IMG/VR virus record: IMGVR_UViG_3300018494_000083
DNA: 64,000 bases
Strand: one strand, 5' to 3'
From: a virus
Lineage: Duplodnaviria > Caudoviricetes
The notes below the pieces were generated by a model. That model was not told where the DNA came from. It did not search any database and saw only the letters and a program-made list of their open reading frames with translations. This document shows positions 30,224-40,110 of this stretch, piece after piece. Numbering within the stretch: the first letter of the stretch is position 1; each line of letters opens with the position of its first letter. Made by a program: the position numbers and the translations under genes.

Positions 30224-31383
30224 TTACACGTGTCGATCAGCTCGAATTGAGGGACAATAACTATATCGCTTCTCGGACAAGGGAGCTTATGAAAACCGGA
30301 GCATACGAAGCCGATCAGCTCGAGCAAATCTTCTTTGCACTTCTCTCCGGAATGGATGAGAAGCATTTTACCGATCCTAAGCTCCCTGCGTCTCGTATGA
30401 GAATTATGAGAACTTGGATTGGTAAGGGTGTCGATCCTGATATCATGACCGACTTCGCTTCTAAGCGTCACGTTCATTACCAGGATACGGATGGACAGTT
30501 CGTATATCCCGAGGATAAACTGAGTGCTATTGGATATGTTTATCACGTAGCATCTGTCAATCCCGATCCTTGGTTCTTTGATACTCTTTCGGTTCCTCAT
30601 ATCCTGATGTATAGATCCCTTCTCAAAGATGGTATCACCGTACCCGCACATTACAGCATGTATAATGCGACATGGTATACATATCTTATGACGAAAGCCA
30701 AGAACAGCAAAGTCGATACTCTTCTTATCGAAGGGTTCGATTATTATCGTCATCATATCACGGCTCTCAATGAGATTGCTGAAGACTGTGACGAAGCATC
30801 TGCAGAAGCAATTCGTCGTCTTATTCCTAAAGTTAGGAGAACTGATGACGAAGATGTTATTCTCGTTATTTCCAAACTGATTCAAAAGATCATTCGATCT
30901 ACACCTACTATTGGTGAAGATAAGGCAACGGAACTTCTTTCCATCGTTGAGAAGAATATCGAGAACTCTGCTAACTATAAGGCGGATGCTAGGGTATGGT
31001 CCTGTATATCTGAGGTTCTGAACTGTGCCTATGATACTTATAATCCGATGTATCATCATGGTGGATTGACTGATGGTGGAAACATGCATATGGCTTCCAA
31101 TGACCTTATCTGTCAGTTTGCTTGCTTCCCGATAGATACGCTTCCTTATGTGGTAAGCGAGATCATTAAGAAATCGGATTATCAGTGGATCAGACCCACA
31201 GATGATATTCGTCGAATCGTTCTTCTTCAGAAGATCGTTAACGATAAATCTCTCAGTTTCAGCGTTATGGATATGGAAAGAATTCGCGATCCTGAAATTC
31301 CTTATGAGCGAGTCGAGAAGTACATCAACAAAGAGATCAGAAAGCAAAGATTCAAAAACTTCTTCAAGAGAAAGAAGAAATAA
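30205..31383 (+). CDS. Hypothetical protein
   Basis: 392 aa, AAGGAG RBS, followed by a terminator. Confidence 0.75.
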   Translation: MAGNKMITRVDQLELRDNNYIASRTRELMKTGAYEADQLEQIFFALLSGMDEKHFTDPKLPASRMRIMRTWIGKGVDPDIMTDFASKRHVHYQDTDGQFVYPEDKLSAIGYVYHVASVNPDPWFFDTLSVPHILMYRSLLKDGITVPAHYSMYNATWYTYLMTKAKNSKVDTLLIEGFDYYRHHITALNEIAEDCDEASAEAIRRLIPKVRRTDDEDVILVISKLIQKIIRSTPTIGEDKATELLSIVEKNIENSANYKADARVWSCISEVLNCAYDTYNPMYHHGGLTDGGNMHMASNDLICQFACFPIDTLPYVVSEIIKKSDYQWIRPTDDIRRIVLLQKIVNDKSLSFSVMDMERIRDPEIPYERVEKYINKEIRKQRFKNFFKRKKK

Positions 31384-31391
31384 AGATAAAC

Positions 31392-31428
31392 GCCTATGGG
31401 ATTTCGGTCCCATAGGCAATCTTTTTTT
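31392..31428 (+). terminator. Intrinsic terminator
   Basis: GCCTATGGGA-tttcgg-TCCCATAGGC + T-tract. Confidence 0.8.
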
Positions 31429-31509
31429 GTTTTGTAAATCAAAAATTAAGTATGAAATAAGCCGTAAAACTATGCACTATTATAGTGAATAACAAATGGA
31501 GGTACTATT

Positions 31510-32196
31510 ATGGATCGTATTGAAATCTATACTGACGGTTCATCTTTCATAGGTAAGAATCGACAGTTCTACGAATCCTCTAGTGCGGTTGTAATCTTTT
31601 TGAATGACGAGTGCATATATAAATGCGGTTGTTATCATAAGGATGGAACCAATTCACTTGGGGAACTTTACGCTATGTTGTTGGGGTTGTCAAAGGCGAA
31701 GGAGATCGTTGAAGAGAACTCGTTTAATGACGAACCCGAAGTAGTTGTTTTCGCAGATTCTGATTATGTAGTAAAATCTCTCACATCTTATATCAAGGGC
31801 TGGGCAAAGCAGGGACTTGACAGAACATGGATTAGCTACTCGACAAAGAAAGAAGTAGCATATCAGTCTATCTTTAAATATCTGTATGCAACATTTTTGG
31901 ATAAAAAGAAGGCACCGTTCAAGATCAAGTTTTATCATATCAATAGTCATATTCCGAAATCTGGATTACAGAAAGCAAGATACTCTTTCATGAAACGAAA
32001 TGAAGAGGACATTTCGCTTGAAGAATTCACTAAACATTCTCAAAGGAACGACATTGTTGATGTCCTTGCGGAGAAGATCCGAGATGAAAAAATTTATTAC
32101 TTTGAAGAAGGTGATGATAGATGGGTAAGAAAAAGAAACATAATCACAAGAGATGGGATGATAGTTATAAGAAAAAGAAAAACAAACAAAAAGTAG
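31510..32196 (+). CDS. rnhA: Ribonuclease HI
   Basis: IYTDGSS, TNSLGELYA, ADSDYVV, HINSH and NDIVDVLA match the RNase H D-E-D-D/H catalytic motifs. Confidence 0.88.
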   Translation: MDRIEIYTDGSSFIGKNRQFYESSSAVVIFLNDECIYKCGCYHKDGTNSLGELYAMLLGLSKAKEIVEENSFNDEPEVVVFADSDYVVKSLTSYIKGWAKQGLDRTWISYSTKKEVAYQSIFKYLYATFLDKKKAPFKIKFYHINSHIPKSGLQKARYSFMKRNEEDISLEEFTKHSQRNDIVDVLAEKIRDEKIYYFEEGDDRWVRKRNIITRDGMIVIRKRKTNKK

Positions 32197-32756
32197 ACTA
32201 TCGGTCCCGAGCAGAGCTACTATTGAGTGCTTATCCTGAAGCTATCTTAAACCTTTGGTTCGGAGACAACGAAGAGGAGAGGCAAAAGTTTTCATTCTGG
32301 CTACTTGAACAAGAGCAATATGTGGATGATTCCGCTTTGGATATTCTACATGGAGATGATGACGAAGAATATGAAAAGAAGATTCGTAAACTTCGTCGCA
32401 AAGAATGTACCAGTATGAATGACATGCTTATCCGACTCGATGAGATTCGTTGGGTAAAAGAGAAAAAGCATAAAGGAAAGAAACTCAAAAAGAAACTTCG
32501 TAAGAAGGATCTTGGCATAGCAACCTATATGGATTCTTCCAGATATAGAAAGTCTTACCTCAGTAACGATGAGTACAGGAAGAGTCTAAAGAAACTTGCT
32601 GAACGAGAAAGACGGGAAGAAAAGGAAATGAGAAAACTCGGATATATCAGATCAATAGATCCAGACAAAGAGCTTAAGAAGATCCTTAAAGCAAATGAAG
32701 CTATGACTTCTGTCCTAAGTGATGCATATGTCCAAAAACATTATTTAAACGATTAA
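32121..32756 (+). CDS. Lys/Glu-rich hypothetical protein
   Basis: 211 aa, overlapping the RNase H 3' end. Confidence 0.65.
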   Translation: MGKKKKHNHKRWDDSYKKKKNKQKVDYRSRAELLLSAYPEAILNLWFGDNEEERQKFSFWLLEQEQYVDDSALDILHGDDDEEYEKKIRKLRRKECTSMNDMLIRLDEIRWVKEKKHKGKKLKKKLRKKDLGIATYMDSSRYRKSYLSNDEYRKSLKKLAERERREEKEMRKLGYIRSIDPDKELKKILKANEAMTSVLSDAYVQKHYLND

Positions 32757-32765
32757 GGAGTCGAT

Positions 32766-33410
32766 ATGAAATTCTTAATTCCAAACTATAAGAGCAAGCA
32801 TCTTGAGAAAGATGTTAAAGCTCGTGGGTGGTTGGATGATGAGTCTAAGCTTATAGCTGATATAGACTCTATGAAGCTACCCGAATATCCCGTTGCGATT
32901 ATACATGGGGTACCGGCACTCTACACGGATGTTCGATTCACATTCTACCAACATGGATTCGAAACTTCTGATAAAGAAGGAATCTTTATTGTATATGAAG
33001 GTGGATGCGGAACATTCAAACCTGTGGCATTCTTGACTATGGAAGAGATGGAAGCACTTCATCATTTCTCTATTCGTCACGATGACAAAGGAAACGCTGC
33101 GACAGTTGAAGATATTGTCTGGTGTGACCACTTTGCAGATCTTCTCACCACCATGGACATTGAAGCCATGAGAGGAGATAAACCTGAAAGTTATGCTGAT
33201 GTGAAAATTGGCGAATCTTTCAGATACCTCGGAAACATCAAGCATGATAACAATTTCACTGTCACTGACACATTGGAATTCGCAGACAAGTGCACTATCA
33301 GTCAATTCATTCAGAAGTATAAGAATTTTGATCCGACTGTAAAGTTAGATGAGATTTTTGTTATTTCTGCTTCTGACTACGTATTCAATAAACTATTTAA
33401 TAAACACTGA
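32766..33410 (+). CDS. Hypothetical protein
   Basis: 214 aa, AAGGAG RBS. Confidence 0.7.
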   Translation: MKFLIPNYKSKHLEKDVKARGWLDDESKLIADIDSMKLPEYPVAIIHGVPALYTDVRFTFYQHGFETSDKEGIFIVYEGGCGTFKPVAFLTMEEMEALHHFSIRHDDKGNAATVEDIVWCDHFADLLTTMDIEAMRGDKPESYADVKIGESFRYLGNIKHDNNFTVTDTLEFADKCTISQFIQKYKNFDPTVKLDEIFVISASDYVFNKLFNKH

Positions 33411-33461
33411 TAATGACAAGCGTTTGCAAATATACATTATTAACATGAGGAGGTTGGTCCT

Positions 33462-33929
33462 ATGGGAACACTTCTTAACAAACTTCTGGTACTATTGAGG
33501 TTACGAAAACCTGACCACATCAAAAGAATTGGTTACCAAGTAAATAGTGTGGATTTTTACTGGTATGAGTTCGACACTAAGCATCCGAATCACGCAAGCT
33601 TTATAGGAAATATGGCATTCCATTTAAAGGAATTGATCGAGAAATATTATGAAGCAGGACAAAGCGTGGTTATCGATATCCGAGCGCATAGCTCAGAACC
33701 AGTATTCAAACCAATAGTATTTGTAGATCCTTTTAGTCAGTTTACAAAGGTAGACGATGGGCGTCGTTATATCATTAACTATGAAGAAACGACATCTCCC
33801 CACATTCACGAGTATAGAACAAAATCGTTCATCTATCACGTAGACTTTATAAGGTCTCTATATTTTACATTGGTCGAAACCTTCAAAACGTACCCAGAAA
33901 TAAAATCAATAACTCTCAAATTCAATTAA
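33462..33929 (+). CDS. Hypothetical protein
   Basis: 155 aa, GAGGAGG RBS, TATACATTAT motif upstream. Confidence 0.65.
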   Translation: MGTLLNKLLVLLRLRKPDHIKRIGYQVNSVDFYWYEFDTKHPNHASFIGNMAFHLKELIEKYYEAGQSVVIDIRAHSSEPVFKPIVFVDPFSQFTKVDDGRRYIINYEETTSPHIHEYRTKSFIYHVDFIRSLYFTLVETFKTYPEIKSITLKFN

Positions 33930-33947
33930 ACGAAAGGAAACAGCGGC

Positions 33948-36900
33948 ATGGGAAAAAAGGATCGCAAAATCCCTGTATCGGATTTCATATCCGATAAGAA
34001 ACTCGAACGCATCATGAAGTTCATCGAATCTGCGGAATCAACTGAAGATGTGTACGATCGAATTGAGAGTCTTTTGGAAGATGACTTTGAGGTAAAGGAT
34101 CTCGGTACAAACCGAATCGTTCTGAAATCAAAGAAGTCTAAGTACAAAGACTTGATATTCAAGGTGGCAGGGGATAGCCACGGAATTGAAGCAAACTTTA
34201 GAGAATTCTATAACGGAGATCTTGACAAGAGACTTACGTTCTCTTATTCGATTTCCAAGAATGGAGTTTTCGTTGTACAAGAAAAAGTTAAACCTTTCAC
34301 TTCCAAGGACATGGAAGAGTATAAGAAGGATGTTCGTGAAATGCTCACTCATCTTTCTAAGAAGCTTCTCTTGGTTGACTGTAAGGTTAAGAACTTTAAA
34401 AACTTCGGTCTCCGTTCCAATGGAGATGTATGTCTCCTGGATCATGGAGATACGGTTCCTCTTCCTGAATACCAAGGTGATAAAATCATCAATGTAAACG
34501 AGGAGTCTTATGTGTCTTTGAGATGCAAAGGATTTAAGGACCCTGGAGAAACAAGATCAACCAAAATCAAGCCTTGTGGAGGCAAACTCAAATACTCGAA
34601 GAATTTCGATTACCTCGAGTGTGAGAAATGTGGAACTCGTATAACGGTCAATGATGCGTATAAAGAGTTCTACGGCGATGCCAGAATTTCAGCAACTGGC
34701 AAGAACACCAGTATCGACGTTGATGAATCATTCTATCAATGGCGAGACAAAATCCGTGAATACTGCGTTCAGACCATGGACGAAGTAGAAAATAATTCAA
34801 GTAATAATCAGGAGGAGGAAACTATCATGGTCGAAAAAATCATTGGCGGTGAAAAGTGTATTCAGTTGAAGGGTTACTGGGTACCTGAGCATCTGACAAA
34901 GGGAGTTTATGCAATGAACTATTCTGCAGCAAAATGTGGAAATCTTGCCGTTGCAAAGCTTCTTGAAATCGGTAAGCTCAATCCGAAGGACTATGTTGTA
35001 ACCAAGGATGATCACATGGCTCGTAAAGCCGAGATCGCCGAAGTTGCAGCTATCAGATCCAACACCAATCCAACCAACCCTGTGGCAGTCACTTCTACGA
35101 AGAGACCTAAGCCTGATCCGAATACTCGTAAATCGTTCGACGAGTTTGCATCGGATGCTCTCACAATTGCAAAGGAAGATATCGGTAACAATGCCTATGT
35201 CTTCGTCATGTTTGAGGATGTCTTCGGAAAGACAGATCCTGTAGACTGGCTCGTGAAGAACGTATGGTTCCGTATCCGTGATTGTGAGGATGTTGAAAGA
35301 GCAAGATACGATATCCCCAACCACAGATATCAGATCGAGTTTAAGAAGAACTCGAGACCGAAGCCGAAGAAGCCCGAACCGGTTGCCAAGGTTGAGAAGG
35401 TTGAGGAGAAGCCCAAGAAGAAAAAGATGACCAATGACGAGTGGATTCTCAGTCAGCCTCAGTTCCTCGTAAACGGTGTTTGTTGTATCATTATCGGTGA
35501 GTACTATGTACCTTGTGAGCTTGCACTCTTCGGTATGAATAAGGATGCAATCAAGACCGCTCTTAAGGCAGATGGATATCAGCCTAAGAAGTTCAGAACT
35601 GACAATCCTGAAGTATTCGCAACCAGAGTCAATACCAAGAATACCGCTACCGATGACGACGATGATGATGTTCCTGAGTCTGTAAAGCAGATCGTTGATG
35701 AGTATATGGAAGAAGTCGGAACAGATCCTGAAGAGGATGATGACGACAAATTCGTATGCTCCGAAAGCGACGATGACGTTGAAGATCTCAGCGACAGATT
35801 CGACAGATTCATGGCAGAGAATTCGGACAGTGATACCGATACCTCTGGTTATGAGGACGACGATGATGAAGATGAGACTGAGCCCACTCCCGTTGAGGTA
35901 GACGAAGAGCCTATCGATGAGAGAGACGCTGAGCTCATGAGAATCACCAAGTCCAAGAGAGCCGATGGTATCACAAGTGCCGTCGAGAAATATCGTCAGA
36001 CCTACAGAGAAGCTATGAAGTTTATTCAGGCTATCGAGTCCGACGGCGAAGCAAGTGCAGACCGTAAGGTAGCATTTGTAAACAAGATCAAGTATGGTCC
36101 CAACGGCTGCTGCAACCTCAAGGTAAGCGATGCAGTTGATATGGTAAACAACCTCCTTCCTGTAACTGCTAAGGAATCCGCAATCCAGTTCACTATCGCC
36201 GACCGTGCATACGACACTTGCAATCTCATTGCTCAGATCATTGAGAACGCATTTGGTCTTACTGTATCGGTTTACAGTGATACCGATTCTGCAAGCCATG
36301 GTATCGAGATCATCAGCAAGGTCTACGAAGCCGCTGAGAGATTTATCAGAGATCATAAGGAAACCTTTGATCCTGAGACTGGTCTTGATTATATCCTCGG
36401 TGGTCGTGGTTGCGACATCATGGATGTTTGCAGAAGTGCTGCTCCTTGGGCTCAGGAAGATGAGTTCAACAAATACTGCGATATCCACGAGGACTATGAG
36501 TACGACGCAATGTCTGCCGTTTCTGATCTTCTCAATACCCTCTATTGCATGGGTATGAATGAGGATCTCGAAGAGGACTACAAGGACGAGGAAGGAAAGA
36601 TCGATGTCAAGAAGCTTTGCGAATTGGCAACGCCTATCTATAAGCAGTTCGTGACCATGGTTCACCATTATGCTAAGGAATTCGGTATCCTCAATACGAT
36701 TCCTACATATGACGAGCTCGGCACCTTTGTTGAGCAGTATGACCATGCAAGAGCAAATGTCTACCACTACGGAATGGAAGTACTCAACGGTCTTATCAAG
36801 AAGATCTATGAGGCATTCGCTGACGTAGATTGGGAGAGATTCTGCAATATCACATACTTCGCAGCAGACTGCATTCCTGCAATGACTGACCTCTGGAACG

Positions 36901-37154
36901 GAACTCACGATCGTGCACAGAACCAGCCCAATGATGTAACATTGGCATTCAAGTGCATGTTTGAGATCATCTCCGAGTTCAATCAGAACAAGGAAGCTGT
37001 AGAATCCGACGGTGCAGAACCTTGTATGGATGAACCAGAAATCGACTGGGCTGACAGATCCCAGGATGAAATTCGTGGAAGAATCAAGGATCTCCAAAGT
37101 CACAGAGCAGACATCGATAAGGAAATCGAGAGACTGTCTGGTTATCTCAAGTAA
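33948..37154 (+). CDS. Protein-kinase-like N-terminal domain + Zn ribbon + long acidic region
   Basis: LGTNRIV (Gly loop), IFKVA (ATP Lys), ANFREF (helix C Glu), VDCKVKNFKNFG (catalytic loop D..N), LLDHG (DFG-like), CxxC pair; the rest is D/E-rich. Confidence 0.6.
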   Translation: MGKKDRKIPVSDFISDKKLERIMKFIESAESTEDVYDRIESLLEDDFEVKDLGTNRIVLKSKKSKYKDLIFKVAGDSHGIEANFREFYNGDLDKRLTFSYSISKNGVFVVQEKVKPFTSKDMEEYKKDVREMLTHLSKKLLLVDCKVKNFKNFGLRSNGDVCLLDHGDTVPLPEYQGDKIINVNEESYVSLRCKGFKDPGETRSTKIKPCGGKLKYSKNFDYLECEKCGTRITVNDAYKEFYGDARISATGKNTSIDVDESFYQWRDKIREYCVQTMDEVENNSSNNQEEETIMVEKIIGGEKCIQLKGYWVPEHLTKGVYAMNYSAAKCGNLAVAKLLEIGKLNPKDYVVTKDDHMARKAEIAEVAAIRSNTNPTNPVAVTSTKRPKPDPNTRKSFDEFASDALTIAKEDIGNNAYVFVMFEDVFGKTDPVDWLVKNVWFRIRDCEDVERARYDIPNHRYQIEFKKNSRPKPKKPEPVAKVEKVEEKPKKKKMTNDEWILSQPQFLVNGVCCIIIGEYYVPCELALFGMNKDAIKTALKADGYQPKKFRTDNPEVFATRVNTKNTATDDDDDDVPESVKQIVDEYMEEVGTDPEEDDDDKFVCSESDDDVEDLSDRFDRFMAENSDSDTDTSGYEDDDDEDETEPTPVEVDEEPIDERDAELMRITKSKRADGITSAVEKYRQTYREAMKFIQAIESDGEASADRKVAFVNKIKYGPNGCCNLKVSDAVDMVNNLLPVTAKESAIQFTIADRAYDTCNLIAQIIENAFGLTVSVYSDTDSASHGIEIISKVYEAAERFIRDHKETFDPETGLDYILGGRGCDIMDVCRSAAPWAQEDEFNKYCDIHEDYEYDAMSAVSDLLNTLYCMGMNEDLEEDYKDEEGKIDVKKLCELATPIYKQFVTMVHHYAKEFGILNTIPTYDELGTFVEQYDHARANVYHYGMEVLNGLIKKIYEAFADVDWERFCNITYFAADCIPAMTDLWNGTHDRAQNQPNDVTLAFKCMFEIISEFNQNKEAVESDGAEPCMDEPEIDWADRSQDEIRGRIKDLQSHRADIDKEIERLSGYLK

Positions 37155-37267
37155 GTCGACAAACAATAATAATAGGATATAAAGCTGGGGTGTTTGATAA
37201 TTTCTTACACCCCAGTTAACATCCATATAACCAATTTAACAACAAACCTAATTAGGAGGAAACAAAA

Positions 37268-38164
37268 ATGATCATTGCTGTTAAAGAGAGCAAGGTCGAG
37301 AAGGTAAACCCGAGTCTGTTCAATATCTGTTTTGTGAGCAAGAAGGGACCCACTATCGACGGCGCAACCAACATGGACATTCTTCTTCCTACTGATGATC
37401 TTTACATTGGTAGAAAAGAGGGTACTGTTGGTAAGAAGAAATTCGAAAAGAAGTATTCCAAGTATCTTCACAAGAAGAATACTTACGTAGAGTGGGCAAT
37501 CTACTCTATCGGTCGTGCACTTGCAAGCAAGCCTGGAAACATCTGCTTTGTGTGCACTGACGAGGAATACGAACTCGGTTATCTCCGAATCCTTGGCGAG
37601 ACGATCGCTGAAATGTTCGGAGTAGACTTCGAAACTGGCTACAAGGAAGCTAAGGAACTCATCGATAACGAACTCGAGGTTTATACCAAGAAGGAGAGAA
37701 AGGCATTCGAGATGGATGACGACGATGAGGACATGTCTGACAAGAAAGCCAAGATGAAGAAGTACGTCACTAAGGAAATCTCCAAGTCTCTCAGAGGCTC
37801 CATGTCTGTTGAGGGTTCTGAGCTTATGGAAGAGATGAGCACCAGATTCGCTATCGACCAGCTTGCACTCAAGCTTGCCGGCGACGGCGTCCTCACCATG
37901 AATAAGAGTGGTGATGGTGTTAAGTCTGTCGATGTCGAAAAGTTCGATGGCAAGTCGAAAGACATCGTTGAGATCATCATGCAGCCTAAGGAAGATGAAG
38001 ACTTCGGTCCTGTCGTTAAGGCAATCCTCAAGGGATATGGCGTAAAGTATAAGTACGAAGACCTTAAGGATCTCGGCAAGGAGAAGCTCATTCAGCTCGT
38101 AGGCGAGCTTTATATCAAGCTCGGAGAATACCGTAGTGGTTCAAGAGTAATCGATAACGATTAA
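37268..38164 (+). CDS. Hypothetical protein (highly expressed codon bias)
   Basis: 298 aa, AGGAGG RBS. Confidence 0.75.
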   Translation: MIIAVKESKVEKVNPSLFNICFVSKKGPTIDGATNMDILLPTDDLYIGRKEGTVGKKKFEKKYSKYLHKKNTYVEWAIYSIGRALASKPGNICFVCTDEEYELGYLRILGETIAEMFGVDFETGYKEAKELIDNELEVYTKKERKAFEMDDDDEDMSDKKAKMKKYVTKEISKSLRGSMSVEGSELMEEMSTRFAIDQLALKLAGDGVLTMNKSGDGVKSVDVEKFDGKSKDIVEIIMQPKEDEDFGPVVKAILKGYGVKYKYEDLKDLGKEKLIQLVGELYIKLGEYRSGSRVIDND

Positions 38165-38224
38165 TTTGAAATCAATATAAATCAGGATATCATTTAGCGT
38201 GGTATCCTGATTTTTACCAAATAC

Positions 38225-39025
38225 ATGGAAAATATCAACACTGGTATCTGGCACCGAGATGCTTACACTACGGAGGATTTCGATTATATCATTTCTAAAA
38301 GAATCACGGAATATGATATGAAAGATGCCGGATATAACCTAAGCCAATATTATCAACTCTTAAGTCAGAAAAAACTCGATTACTTATCTACCTTAGAGAA
38401 GCACAATAGAAGAGTGCAAATAGGTATCTGGATGAGAGATGACAAAGAGTTTAATAAATCATTGACTGAAGCATTTGGAAAGATGAGAAAACTCTTTATC
38501 GAGTCTAATCATCTGGATGATAACGACATAGTTTCCATTAAGAAGGATGCAATATTTGTAGTGTCTAAAACCTGCGATCTAAGGTCATACGGGAATGTGA
38601 CCTTCAGTGAAAAGAATGTGTACTCTAGCTATCATAAGTTTGGCAACATCGAGATGTATTATAATCACTCTAAAAATATTCTGGATATCAAGGGAATCAA
38701 TGATGACTTGCTTTACCAACACAAGTGTATGATTGGTATACTTAAACGATTATTCGGTTTATTAGAGACAAATGATCACGACGGATTTGTCAGACTAATG
38801 AAAAATTTTGTAGACGACTACAAGAACTGCAAACTTACATATGGTTATTATCGTGAGTTAAACTCCAATGCATTATACGCTCTAAAAGGGAACGCTAACG
38901 ACAGTAGAAAATACTACGTACCTGATGTACAAAATCATCAGTTCGACAGCGATTTAGATATAAGTTATAACTATATAAACTATATCCTTCCCATGATACA
39001 GAGATTCTACTTTCCTTATGAGTAA
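38225..39025 (+). CDS. Possible family-B-polymerase-like palm-domain protein
   Basis: ITEYDMKDAG and SIKKDAIFV resemble PolB motifs A and C; only 266 aa. Confidence 0.4.
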   Translation: MENINTGIWHRDAYTTEDFDYIISKRITEYDMKDAGYNLSQYYQLLSQKKLDYLSTLEKHNRRVQIGIWMRDDKEFNKSLTEAFGKMRKLFIESNHLDDNDIVSIKKDAIFVVSKTCDLRSYGNVTFSEKNVYSSYHKFGNIEMYYNHSKNILDIKGINDDLLYQHKCMIGILKRLFGLLETNDHDGFVRLMKNFVDDYKNCKLTYGYYRELNSNALYALKGNANDSRKYYVPDVQNHQFDSDLDISYNYINYILPMIQRFYFPYE

Positions 39026-39033
39026 ACGAAAAG

Positions 39034-39066
39034 ACGGATATACCCCAAGTGGGTATATCCGTTTTT
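39034..39066. terminator. Bidirectional intrinsic terminator
   Basis: ACGGATATACCC-caagt-GGGTATATCCGT + T-tract, between convergent genes. Confidence 0.8.
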
Positions 39067-39074
39067 ATTTTTTT

Positions 39075-39542
39075 TTATTGAATTTTAGCAATTTCCTTGA
39101 TATTGTGCTGTGTATAGTTGACAACCATTGACAAGGTATACTGATCGATATAGTCGAGTAACCATTGTCCACCGAATGCCCATGTCAAATAGAAGTCCAG
39201 ATTTGTCTCATGAATAGCTTTGAGTACATCGGCGACAATAAGCTTATGAGCTTCGAGAATATCAGAATTCTCAATGACCTTTGTGCTAACACCCATACCT
39301 AATGCAAACTCTTCACCTAAAGTCAATTCAATATACTTAACTGTATATACTTGAATCATCTTTTGGAGTTGGTTGAGATAGGTAGTAGTCGTAAACTCGT
39401 CAAGCTGTACAGGACCTACTTCTGACTTATATGGATTATCTCTTGGGGCTTTCTTATTCTTCACATGAAGATAAATGAAGTAAGCTGCACAAGCAATGCT
39501 AATCAAGGCAATGCTCAATAAGATCCATTCTAAAGTTCTCAT
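39075..39542 (-). CDS. Membrane-anchored hypothetical protein
   Basis: N-terminal TM helix; GGAGG RBS; AACAttaggaTA motif at 39568-39579. Confidence 0.7.
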   Translation of the reverse strand: MRTLEWILLSIALISIACAAYFIYLHVKNKKAPRDNPYKSEVGPVQLDEFTTTTYLNQLQKMIQVYTVKYIELTLGEEFALGMGVSTKVIENSDILEAHKLIVADVLKAIHETNLDFYLTWAFGGQWLLDYIDQYTLSMVVNYTQHNIKEIAKIQ

Positions 39543-39609
39543 TGGTTATTCCTCCATATAATATGATTATCCTAATGTTTTTGACTGAATAATTCGGTAC
39601 ATAATGAGT

Positions 39610-40066
39610 CACCAATTTTATCATATGGAGCATATATTTGATCTGTGCTATTTCCATATTCTCGTATTTTAAACTGTCGTATCTCTATATTATCTTGTGT
39701 TAAAATTAATGATAATGGAGTCACCATCTGGCATCTTTATAGTACCGCCATCTCGAGCCGTTCCAGTCTCATTCACTCTGGAACCTTCATCTTTATATAT
39801 TGTGCCATATTGTTCTTGATACCAATATGTGTGTCCTGGAGTACAAACACCAATGTAAGCATTTGACTGGTATGACCACAAATCAGCATATCCGAGCTGT
39901 CCCTGTTTATAGTGAATATTCCATATTTGACTTGCAATACGTTCCGGTATATTTGTCTCGATAACAGGAGTCCAACACCAATAGAATAACCATACACTAA
40001 CGATGTCATCAGGTTTCCAGTAAGATGTAGATCCATGTTTACATCATCTCGTATTATGTCTGGAGT
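39610..40066 (-). repeat. TP-cassette array C: 4 cassettes
   Basis: Minus-strand ACTCC starting at 40066, 39971, 39842 and 39721 (units of 95, 129, 121 and 112 bp). Each is stop-free and ends IGV/IGVC/DG/IG. Confidence 0.85.
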
Positions 40067-40074
40067 AAGCAAAC

Positions 40075-40104
40075 AAAAAGTGGTAGAGATTTCTCTCTAC
40101 CACA
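40075..40104 (-). terminator. Intrinsic terminator immediately upstream of array C
   Basis: Minus strand GTGGTAGAGA-gaaa-TCTCTACCAC-TTTTTG. Confidence 0.8.
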
Positions 40105-40110
40105 ATTATA

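Noticed and set aside
24174-37226. Long antisense ORFs (24174-26105, 30124-31419, 34797-37226; also 7323-8702 and 58291-59628)
   Set aside because: These are shadows of strongly codon-biased sense genes, with no RBS and unnatural L/I/F/S-rich composition.
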